From IMG/VR virus record IMGVR_UViG_3300021387_000075: DNA of 64,000 nt; one strand, 5' to 3'. Positions 1 through 9,448 of this stretch are shown one piece after another; within the stretch, counting starts at the first letter, position 1; every line of letters starts with the position of its first letter. Source of the stretch: a virus (taxonomy: Duplodnaviria; Caudoviricetes). A program made the position numbers and the translations under genes. Under the pieces are notes generated by a model, which made no database searches, was not told the DNA's origin, and saw nothing but the letters and a program-made list of their open reading frames with translations.

Positions 1-349
1 TAGAAAGCACGTACTCATTAAGCACATGCCTAGTCCGTTTTATATGATAGAATACCCCGCGGAGCAGGCTCCAAGTGGTACAACGGCTCATACTATCAAA
101 AATACTAGGCACATTAAACTAGACTTTTTAACAGAAAGTTGTTCGTATAAAAGTTTGCTGTTTGCGCCTAATTCGCACTTTACTTCGCTTCTTTCTATAC
201 CGTTTTCCGCTATGCCACATATCACTACTGACCTGCCCGCTTGTTCGCTCAAGCGTACTTATATGCACTGCGGCGGCAGGTTTCGTGCCAGTGGTAGTTT
301 AAGTGCTAAATCCGTGTTAACGGTTTCCACCAACTAACGAGTGGAGATG

Positions 350-423
350 TACCCAATGGGAGATTTGAACTCCGCGTCTGCACCTTGAAAGGGTGCTGTG
401 CTAACCTACTACACCAATCGGGC
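350..423 (-). tRNA. tRNA-Glu(UUC)
   Basis: Cloverleaf on the minus strand; anticodon arm GCACC-CTTTCAA-GGTGC; T-loop TTCAAAT; no encoded CCA. Confidence 0.85.
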
Positions 424-475
424 ATTTGGCGCTTTCGCGCCATACATACTAAGAGGTATGTTGTTATGATCAGAG

Positions 476-547
476 CGACCTTACGCAGAATTGAACTGCG
501 GTTTTAGGTGTGATAAGCCTACGTAATTACCACTATACGATAAGGCC
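476..547 (-). tRNA. tRNA-Asp with unusual AUC anticodon
   Basis: Acceptor GGCCTTA/TAAGGTC, discriminator G; anticodon loop TTATCAC; T-arm CGCAG-TTCAATT-CTGCG. Confidence 0.7.
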
Positions 548-718
548 AGATGGCGTTTTCGCGCCAATAGATATGCTGCAAACAAGGTATGGAAATGGTT
601 CAAAGGGTTAAATGTTTCTATTGCTGGCATATCAATAGGCACGTTTTATAGTGCGGTGCCCAAGCACTGACACTCTTTCACAAAATGCTACAGAAGTGAA
701 AGGAATGTTTATGTAGCG

Positions 719-791
719 CGGCTCCTGTAGGGCTCGAACCTACGACACTTCGGTTAACAGCCGAATGCTCTGCCAACTGAGCTAAGGAGCC
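719..791 (-). tRNA. tRNA-Asn(GUU)
   Basis: Canonical cloverleaf; anticodon arm TTCGG-CTGTTAA-CCGAA; TTCGAG T-loop. Confidence 0.9.
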
Positions 792-870
792 ATATGAAGT
801 GAGTATTACGGCCCTCACTTACGGCTTCTAACACACTTATGATGGCTCAGGTGGAATACCCTAAGCCGAG

Positions 871-943
871 TTGCACAGACAAGAATCGAACTTGCATTTG
901 TTGGGTATGAGCCAACTGTCCTAAGCCTTTAGACGACCGTGCG
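871..943 (-). tRNA. tRNA with CAU anticodon (Met, initiator-like)
   Basis: Anticodon arm GTTGG-CTCATAC-CCAAC; C1:A72 mismatch as in initiator tRNAs, but lacks the full three G-C pairs in the anticodon stem. Confidence 0.8.
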
Positions 944-1041
944 ATATAAAGAGGTCAACTTGTCGCGACCAAGCTGACCGAGGTAATCTCAGCTACAGAA
1001 ACCTTATCATAAGCGCACCTTCTGCCGAGTCACCAATACGC

Positions 1042-1118
1042 GGCGACCCGCTGGACTTGAACCAGTTCTCTATGCATAGGCTGTCCCTCTTCTCAGATCG
1101 ACCCTGAGATACGGCCAC
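1042..1118 (-). ncRNA. tRNA-like element without a recognisable anticodon arm
   Basis: T-arm CTGG-TTCAAGT-CCAG, weak acceptor stem, 6-bp D-like stem TCTCAG/CTGAGA. Confidence 0.35.
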
Positions 1119-1159
1119 AACTTCTTGTAAATACGTGCCAGTTGTCAGCACAATCGCGA

Positions 1160-1231
1160 TGCCCTCAGAGGATTCGAACCTTCATTTCCGCCACTGGCGT
1201 TGTTTTCTCCAACTTAAACTATCTTTGGGCA
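1160..1231 (-). ncRNA. tRNA-like element with a truncated anticodon loop
   Basis: D-arm GTTT..AAAC and GGTTCGAATCC T-arm present; anticodon arm reduced to CGCC-AGT-GGCG. Confidence 0.45.
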
Positions 1232-1239
1232 TATTAGAT

Positions 1240-1740
1240 AGACTATTGCGAACTTGCGGTCTATCAGCGCGGCACCTTTTTTACGTGGGTCGTGTATCCA
1301 CGGAGGTTGCTCGTCGCAACCCGCTTCTATGAGCGGCCTCACATTTATTTATACTCGTAAGCTCTACCGAGTGTTTTGGCCTACACATCGTGACGGGGGT
1401 AGTTGATGAAGCTACTTCCTTTTCAGTTTGGGGAGCGACCCCAAGAGCTGGCCGGGACTACCAATCCTTTTCCCTGCCCTCCCGTTTTTCAGCCAAGTTA
1501 CCAATTCATCGACTGGACTACTAATGTTTATACTCGGTGTCACCGAGTTCCATACGTATGTACCGTTTGCACTGCCTACATCTCGCTGCGTTGCGTAACG
1601 GGTGAAATCTTCCGCGACCTAGCCGGCACCTTTTGATGTTCTCGGACATCAGCGTGTGGGGAGTCTAGATATACCTTCTCACTGAACCGCTCGACTAAAT
1701 ATTTTACTTGTACTAGCGAGAGACAAGTCCCTAACAGGGA
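1240..1740 (-). ncRNA. candidate large structured non-coding RNA
   Basis: About 500 nt with no convincing ORF and at least eight GC-rich hairpins, inside the tRNA cluster; strand inferred from neighbours. Confidence 0.45.
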
Positions 1741-1803
1741 AACTAGGCGCGATGCAATCTTCTGTTAATAAGCATTATAAATAGTGCTGTGTGCGCCTAA
1801 AAG

Positions 1804-1877
1804 TAGGGTATCAGAGGCTCGAACTCTGCATCTTTGGTTTATAAGACCACTGCACTAACCTACTGTGCTAATACCCA
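1804..1877 (-). tRNA. tRNA-Ile(UAU)
   Basis: Anticodon arm TGGT-CTTATAA-ACCA; T-arm CAGAG-TTCGAGC-CTCTG; discriminator A. Confidence 0.8.
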
Positions 1878-2078
1878 TCACTCCTAATCTAATTCTTTTG
1901 GAAAATACTTAGCAAGTCCATCCGTAGAATATCCTACTGCACGTAAGAACATTACAAAGCTATCACAAACATCCTGAAGATGGACTCCATCAGCCTTAGA
2001 AGTACTAATTTCTACATCGGTATCAGCCATTTCCTTATTTTCATCCTCAAAAGTATACCAGAATCTAATTGTTTCCAT
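1878..2078 (-). CDS. hypothetical protein
   Basis: ORF with AGGAG RBS and upstream TTGACA/TATAAT promoter; TAG at 1884 read through to TGA at 1878. Confidence 0.65.
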
Positions 2079-2099
2079 CTCTTACTCCTTTATTATAAC

Positions 2100-2210
2100 T
2101 CAATTTTGTTCTTTTGTCAAATAATCACTTTCCCAATCTTCAAGTGACCATTCTTCATCTTCAAGTTCTTCCCAAGAGAAATTCATAATGAAATCATCTA
2201 ACATTCTCAT
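2100..2210 (-). CDS. small acidic hypothetical protein (36 aa)
   Basis: ATG with purine-rich RBS directly downstream of a consensus promoter. Confidence 0.4.
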   Translation of the reverse strand: MRMLDDFIMNFSWEELEDEEWSLEDWESDYLTKEQN

Positions 2211-2574
2211 CTCTCCCTTCCTTATGTATATATTATAACAAAATTTTGAAAAAAAGTCAAATAAAAAATCCCGTAATTTTAATAAGTCTATTTGCGATAG
2301 CTCCTAAATTACGGGAGGTGCGCCCGCAGGTTCGCAACTCCTCGGGTGCGGACGAAGTGTCGTGTCGTCATACGTCCCATTAACTCGCAGAGAAATAGAG
2401 TGTACTGTTGACGGTGTACAAGTATCCGGCATTATATTCTTATATCGTTGGCCTACTGCCGGCTCGCAATCTGTCATCCTAGGCTGACTTATACGGGGTA
2501 ATGGCTCCCGGGTAGCATACGTGCTTGCCTGCGTCCTTACTTTTATCGCGATTAGGGAAGTAAGAGAACCTAAG

Positions 2575-2645
2575 AGCACCATGCGAGACTTGAACTCGCC
2601 GCATCTGCTTGGAAGGCAGACATATTACCGCTATACGAATGGTGC
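2575..2645 (-). tRNA. tRNA-Gly(UCC)
   Basis: Anticodon arm TCTGC-CTTCCAA-GCAGA; acceptor GCACCAT/ATGGTGC; discriminator U. Confidence 0.9.
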
Positions 2646-2799
2646 AAATACTCGGCACACTGATAATTTCCTGTTATCTAAAATGGTGGAAAATATATTT
2701 GCTGTATGTGTCGATAATTTTATTCCCTAAAGGAATAAAACTGGCTGGATGTTAGGCCATCCTTATCTCGTTTCAGTAGCTAACCGTCCGCTTCCCACG

Positions 2800-2887
2800 C
2801 TGCCCCTCTGGGACTCGAACCCAGATTACCCCTTCAGAGGGTATAACGGTTTTAGAGACCGGCGGTTTACCATTAGCCTAAGGGGCA
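2800..2887 (-). tRNA. amber suppressor tRNA (CUA), probably Gln-accepting, with long variable arm
   Basis: Acceptor TGCCCCT/AGGGGCA plus G73; anticodon arm CGGT-CTCTAAA-ACCG; variable hairpin TACCC..GGGTA; T-arm CTGGG-TTCGAGT-CCCAG. Confidence 0.88.
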
Positions 2888-2926
2888 AAAGAACGGACTG
2901 ATTACGGCTCAGTCCAAGCCGTTCAG

Positions 2927-3265
2927 TCACCAATTAAAAGCATATTTGAATACATCAAATAGAGAAGGAACTTCATCGGCATCTGTCACAGTATAATGAT
3001 AGGTGCCATATTTCTTACAGAAAGCTTCCAGTTCGTTTCTATAAGCTTTCTGCGCTTCTAGATAAGCCTTGCGCGCGGTTTCGACTTTATCAGCCATTAC
3101 CTTGCGCTCGGCCGCGAGAGCTTCTTTCTTTTCCTTTTCTTCTCTCAATGCCTTTTCTTTTTGAATCCTTGCGAGATTCTCCTGTTCTTTAACCTTGAAT
3201 TCAGCCTCCATACACTCTCGCTCTGTGTCGAAAACCTTGTTCAATTTTTCAGAATAGTACTTCAT
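2927..3265 (-). CDS. hypothetical coiled-coil phage protein
   Basis: 112 aa ORF with GGAGG RBS and upstream promoter. Confidence 0.75.
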   Translation of the reverse strand: MKYYSEKLNKVFDTERECMEAEFKVKEQENLARIQKEKALREEKEKKEALAAERKVMADKVETARKAYLEAQKAYRNELEAFCKKYGTYHYTVTDADEVPSLFDVFKYAFNW

Positions 3266-3361
3266 ACTTACTACCTCCCTATGTAGTAAAATTTTTTATT
3301 ACAAAGTAAGTTCCTTTCCTTACTCTGTATACATATATTATAGCAGAATTTTTAGAAAATG

Positions 3362-4651
3362 TCAAATACTTAATTGTAATAATTCATCATATTCTTCATC
3401 TGAAATAATTTGAGTGGCGATATTTCGCGGTAGATAAACTGGCATTCGTTTCTCACGATTATGCGCCCGATAATAGGTATTCCAATAATAGGTATTCGCA
3501 AGCATATTGGCGCGATGCATCCAACATATATTAGTACTGCGTTTATTGTAAGAGCCAGTTTCCTAGTAGTTCCACGCGCTACACCATGCACACCCTGCGG
3601 CGATAGGGCAATCTATACATTCTTGCGTAGATTGAGATTGTCGCGTAACCTTTTGCATATCATCATATATAGCTTTAGTTTCAGGAGTGTTATAAATACC
3701 ATCAGCATTTCCAATAATTATTGGCTCACGATCTGTGCCAAGGGAACTCGGCATATAACGTAAGCACGGATAAGCTTTTCCTTCTGGATCAAATGCTAAC
3801 ATAGCAGATGTGCCACCGCACCAATTCCAAGTATCAGTCGATAATAGAGGACGGCCACGATTCTCAGCAAATAATGAACTTTCTGCGCCTTCAGTTTGTA
3901 AAAGTCGTTCGGCTAAGCGAATTAGAATACAATAATATAATTGTGCTTCTTCAATTGTCCATTTATGCTCGAATACAGGATTGGCATGAATTGTTTTACA
4001 ACCTTTACTAAGAAAAAAATCAAATATGTCTTCCATTAACTCTAAGTTTTCGGGCGAAATAGTTACCTTAGTATCCAAAGGATTGGTTCCAATTGTATGA
4101 TACCAGTGTTCCCACGCAGCCATAGCTTTATCAAAACTACCATTACCATCATAATCTACACGGCATAAGTCATGTACTTTCTTAGGGCCATCAATAGTAA
4201 CATTCATGCTTAATAAATTTTTATACTTCTAAATAAAATGCTATACTTGCGGCTAAAAATAAAGAACACCATTAGTACTAATTGAAATACGAAAGTTTGT
4301 AAGCCAAATATGATCTTTCTCTAAGCATTGTTCAATAAAGTAATCGACAATATAATCCATTACTTCAACATTCATAAAAGGTTCGCCGCCAATGAAATCT
4401 AGAATAACACCGTATGTATGATGATTTATAACAGAGTTTTCTTTATTTTCATCATAAAGTTTAAATAATAAATCAACAATTCGTTTACCGGTTTCCTTAG
4501 ACATCATAGCATGACCTTTATGGCCCTGATAACAGTAAGAACATTTAAGACAGCAGTCATCGGTTACTTGAAAAGTAATATTGCGACATATAGCCTTGGG
4601 ATCTTCTTCTATATATCTATGAATTACTTCATCAGAATAATCTTTACTCAT
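3362..4651 (-). CDS. radical SAM/SPASM peptide maturase, CXXX-repeat target family (TAG recoded, 429 aa)
   Basis: CCLKCSYC (CxxxCxxC), FIGGEP, and SPASM cysteines (CGG..YPC..CIDC..CAWC); ORFs 4253-4651 and 3563-4207 join in frame through TAGs (LYF*PQV*HFI*KY; WNY*ETG). Confidence 0.9.
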
Positions 4652-4931
4652 CTTTTATAAAAACTACTTGTTTCTTTTCAAAATCAAATTCATAACGATC
4701 CCAATCACCCGCTGGCTTATATTTCTTTTCAATATCAGTTTTTGCTTTATCTAGCTTAATCCATAAATCTACTGCCTCGTTCCACTTACGATCATAAATT
4801 TCAGTATTTGAACTTACATTATTATCGGATAGGAATTGTAGCATACTTAAATAAGCATTATGGCTCATAAACAGACGCTCGATGTTTGCGCTTTCTTCAC
4901 TAGTAATAGAAATTTCTTTTCTCATGATCAT
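4644..4931 (-). CDS. small partner protein of the CXXX-repeat modification system (putative)
   Basis: About 95 aa ORF overlapping the rSAM start; size and position match the accessory gene of these systems. Confidence 0.6.
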   Translation of the reverse strand: MIMRKEISITSEESANIERLFMSHNAYLSMLQFLSDNNVSSNTEIYDRKWNEAVDLWIKLDKAKTDIEKKYKPAGDWDRYEFDFEKKQVVFIKDE

Positions 4932-5011
4932 TCTCCATATAAAAAAAGATATAGAATAAAGAATTATTATCCTTTATTCTATATCTATTATATCAGATTT
5001 TTATATAAAAG

Positions 5012-5419
5012 TCAAATATTTATCTTAGTCCATCCAGCTGGATAAACGGAAGGACTCCAAATATTATTATCAATAGCACTTTCATATACTTCGCCTTCAA
5101 ACATAACACGATCACCGCGCATGTAAGGATTGGTACTATCTGGCTGCTCCCATTCAGGTACTACATTTGGATCTGGAATTAAGACTTTTGCCCATAGACT
5201 TGGCGCGGCAACAGGAGTCCAAGCTTCCTGTGCGGCATGTGACTATAAACATTTATATAGGATGCCTTCATACTATACTTTATCGTCAGTTAAATATGCT
5301 GCGTTGGGCCGCCAGTTAGGAAATAACTGGACGGCTTCGAGCGCATCTTCTTCAGAAAGGGACATGGCGGCTTTTTCTATATATGGGCGAAGTTTTCGCG
5401 CGAGTTCTATTAAGGTCAT
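5012..5419 (-). CDS. carbohydrate-binding (CBM5/12-like) domain phage protein (TAG recoded)
   Basis: YKCL*SHAAQEAWTP..SLW and WEQPDSTNPYMRGDRV..WSPSVYPAGW; TAG at the Gln of the YKCLQ.H motif. Confidence 0.8.
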
Positions 5420-5422
5420 GCG

Positions 5423-5674
5423 TTACTCCACCCCCAATAATATTTTCGTAGCTGCGAGTTCTTCTTGTAAAGAAGTTATATCCGCAGATTGTTGTAAGAG
5501 ATATTCATCTTTAGAATATTCCTTATAATTATACTTATAACCTTGTAATGTATAATTATCAAACTATTCAGTATAGGGCTCGATATTAGAAGCAATAAAT
5601 ACAGAGTTAGAAGTGATTTCAATTGGTTGTGGCTCAACTGCACCATAAATTGTACCATAGTCTTTCATCTTCAT
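5423..5674 (-). CDS. small tail-region protein (TAG recoded)
   Basis: 83 aa in code 15; coupled to flanking genes. Confidence 0.65.
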
Positions 5675-7584
5675 CAGCCTCCATAATGTGATTGCCATTT
5701 AGTAATATTATTAGTATAGATAGAATTTTTAGTAGGAATAAACATGATACGAGCATTAGTGCGGTTTAAGGCAGCAGCGATATTTATGTCACAGCTATAA
5801 TCAAATAGTCCAGCACTTTCCGCAGATGTATTACTTCCGCCAATTAATACTACATCTGTATTATTTAAAGAAGAATTAGTCCAGCTACTATCACCAACCG
5901 GCACAGCACTATTTGCTTTATTATTACATTTAATTGGCATATAAATATAATCATATTCATCGGCGCCAATACCCATATTAGAAATCCAGCTGTAAGACAT
6001 ATTTGGTAGAGAGAAACCTATTGAGTCTGTATCTTTATAATATGGTATACCGCCATAGGACTGTCCGTTACCTTTAATGCTAATTTTATCTACTACGCGC
6101 CATAAATCTCCCCATGGGTTCTCCATACCACGATAATTGATTGCAGTGGTGTCTTCTTGTGTTTTTTGAGTTGTAGTATTTCCAGTGATAAAAGTAGTGG
6201 TATCGGCTCGACCGCTATCATTGCCCAAACTAGATGTAGATCCAGTAATCATTATTTCACGGTCTTGAGTATTAACAACTCCCTTTCCTAAACTATATTG
6301 ACCATTTAAAGATCCAAATTCAATCATAAATAACATTTGTAAGGCTGACTCAGAATTAATATCTGTTAATTGCCACCCTTCACCACGATTGGCTGCGAGT
6401 TGTCTTAAATTATTTATAGTTAAATTTTTCCCTGCACAAATTAATGGTTGAGTATTAGCTATAGAGCTTAATTTATCATTGCTAATGTCGATATTAGTAC
6501 TATTATTTAACGCATAAGTAGATTCACTTGTATCATAAATGTTACCTTCATAAACAGGCAATAATACATAATCTAATTCTTCATCATTATTAATAAATAA
6601 AGGATGGAGCTTAAACCCAACTTTTGCCTTGGAAGAAAGCAGCAACTATTCTTTACTAATAACACGACCTTGAGGATCAGCAATTTCAGTAATAATTGTT
6701 CTCTAATAATAGAACTTGGGCTGATAAATCATTACTTGTCCATTAGAGCCATCCTCTGTATAATTTTCGTCTCCATAGAAAGCATTAATAGTACCGTCAT
6801 CTGCTACATTACAGCGCATGCGGCCACCATACATAGGATATTTATTAAAGTTAGAGCCAGCAACTAGATTGGCGGCACCATAGACACGTTCAAAATTTTT
6901 ATTATCATAGTCAATCAGTAAGCCGATACTTTCTTTATTTACAGTTCCACTGCCACCGCCATTAAGAATTGCCTCAGCAATTTCTTCCTCTGTTAGAGTA
7001 CCAGATGTGATATTGCCATTCTCATCTACTATAACTATCTTTCCTGCGGCGTCAATGCCAAGATTACTTACACCAGAACCGCTGCCGCCAGCTACTTTAG
7101 AATCTACATATGCTTTTGTAGCTACATCAGCGGCATTAGCTTTTAAATCTAATGCGGCGGTAATTGCCTTCTAAGTCATGGTCCCGTCTTCATTATTACC
7201 AGGTTGACGATACATCTTATCAATCTCAGATATTGTAGTAGCTAATCCAGATGGATTTGAAACTACCATATCTGTAACAATGGTTGAAGCATTAGTACGT
7301 TTGCTTAAAGAATAAGCAAGCTTATCCATTTCATTATGGATTTGAGTAGTATTGACTTCTTGTAATGATTCGAGAGCAGAGTTGACTTCAGTTAAAGTGG
7401 ATTGTGCATCTTGTAATACTTGCTATGCAGCTGCATTATTTTCATTTGTCTATTCTGTAATGCTTTCAATATTAGCAAGTGCTTCATTCGCGCGAGCAAC
7501 CGCCTGCTGAGACTAGGCCGCATAAGATTCAATCTACCCTTGTGGAGTTAGCGCTCGTGCTAGCATAACATCAACTATATCCAT
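5674..7584 (-). CDS. phage structural/tail-associated protein (TAG recoded, 636 aa)
   Basis: ATG at 7584 in frame with ORF 5674-6645 via TAG read-through; NYRGMENPWG motif. Confidence 0.75.
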
Positions 7585-7790
7585 TAAGCGCCACCTCCTA
7601 TTAAATTAACCCATTCTTTATCAGAAGTAGCCATATATACTTCTAGGCCAGCTGAACCTTTAAGTACAATAGCAACAGACCCCAAGGTCACGTACTTGGG
7701 GTCAATGTTAGCTAAATCTGCGGTTGTATCACAGATGTGTTCATATGTATTTATATTATCGGCTTGGCCGCGTTTGGACATTATTGTCAT
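7584..7790 (-). CDS. hypothetical protein
   Basis: 68 aa ORF with GGAGG RBS, coupled to the next gene. Confidence 0.7.
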   Translation of the reverse strand: MTIMSKRGQADNINTYEHICDTTADLANIDPKYVTLGSVAIVLKGSAGLEVYMATSDKEWVNLIGGGA

Positions 7791-7792
7791 AA

Positions 7793-9298
7793 TTATTCGC
7801 CTCCATAATTATTCCATAGAGTATGTAAATGCTTAATGTCATCTTCAGATAGGGAAGTTTCATTTATTTTTAATACTTTTCCACTAGTAAGTATTAAATC
7901 ACTTTTTTTAAATTGTAAAGTACTGTCTTTATTTCCAATGGAATAAGGTTCTATAATTAAATTTGTAGATGGTGTTGTTTCTTGTACTTGAAATTTAAAT
8001 CCTTTTTGAGTAGAAGAATCATAGGAAAAAATAACCGCACTAGCTAAAAGAGTATCTTTTTCTACTATAAGCCCATAGCTATTAGTTCCACTAGTATACT
8101 AATTAATATGAATACCTGTATTTAAAGTAATAGCATTTACTGTTAAATTATCAATACTAGTTGTACCATGTAATATATTTGCGGTAGTATTAAATGTAGT
8201 AGTACCATATAAAACAGTTGAACCAGTAGCAGGCTGTTCATTTTCTTCATCTGCTGCCTTTCCAACAGTCAAATTACTAATAGTCGTAAAACCATAAATC
8301 TCATTATCTGCAGTAGTAGTAGAATCACCGACTATTAATTGATCTAATTTCCTAATCGTAGTGACGCCATTTAAAGTACTATTGGCTTTGATTGTAACTG
8401 TATGTGTATATATATTATTAGTAGGATCGTCACCTATAATTAAATTTCCTCCGATTTCAGTTGTAGGGCTAGAAATATTAGTAGTGGTATTAGAAATATT
8501 CAATCGTGTCCCAGTTAAATTAATAGTGCTACTATTTTCTTCGGAAATTATTCTTTCTCTCGGCTGATCAGCATTAATCATTTCTCCTTTCATACCTAAA
8601 TCTATTGTTTTATAGTAAGCATAAAAAACACCATTGGGAAACCATTTTGTAGATCCATCGTTTTCCTGAACTTGATTTACTTGATGATAAAAATTACTAT
8701 TTATAAAGCTATTACCATCAACAGTTAAAGAACCACTTAAGCTAGTGAAGTTTTGGCCAGTCACTGTTAATGGCCCAGCTAAAGTAGTAGCTCCATTTAT
8801 ATCGGTATTTCCTGTTATATTTACTTTTCCTGTTAAAGTAGCGGCTTCAAGAACCGCGGGCGAAGAGTTATCATACTTTCCACTAACAATTAATTTTCCT
8901 TTTATAGTAGTATCAACGGCAGTATTATCGGTTCCTACGATTAACGCGCCTTGTAAATTAGTTTCTCCATTTACCGTTAAACCAGTTCCTGTCGTGGCAG
9001 TCGCTGTAAGCGTAGTACCGCTAATTGTAGTACCGCTAATTGTAGTACCACTAATTGTCGCACCGCTAATTGCCTCCGTTGCTATAAGTGTAGTACCCTG
9101 AATCGCGCCGGCACTAATGGTTTTATCTGTACCAAGATTAGTAAAATTAACTTTATACTCCTTTGAGCCCATGGTATAGTTCGAGCCAAATGCGCTTTCA
9201 AGCGCATCTATTGCTGCCGCGACACCATTATCCATATTCTATAGTAATTGAGCAGTTATTGTCTCGCCTTTAGTCCATGTATGTGGTTGATACGTCAT
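7793..9298 (-). CDS. tail fibre-like beta-repeat protein (TAG recoded, 501 aa)
   Basis: Starts MTYQPHTWTKGETITA; ISGTT pentapeptide repeats; extends beyond TAG at both ends of ORF 8099-9235. Confidence 0.75.
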
Positions 9299-9448
9299 AT
9301 CCTTTTACCTCCTCACTACCCATTAGGTAGTTCGTTATTTCTTCAAATTAAATGTCGTAATTCCATATAAAAACTTCATTAGTTGTTATTAAATAAATTA
9401 ATTTTCTGGCACTAAGAAATAGCTGCCATCTCAAAATTATAATCTATA

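Noticed and set aside
1240-1740. tmRNA or RNase P RNA
   Set aside because: No Ala-type acceptor with G3-U70 or tag reading frame, and no GAGGAAAGTCC signature.
26-2730. ORFs overlapping the tRNA cluster (26-337, 1135-1332, 1403-1636, 2304-2582, 2521-2730)
   Set aside because: They overlap RNA elements, lack RBS and have atypical composition.
2741-2799. Theta (HDV-like) ribozyme after the suppressor tRNA
   Set aside because: There is some pairing (GGATG/CATCC, GTTAG/CTAAC), but I could not fit the nested double pseudoknot or the L3 consensus by eye.
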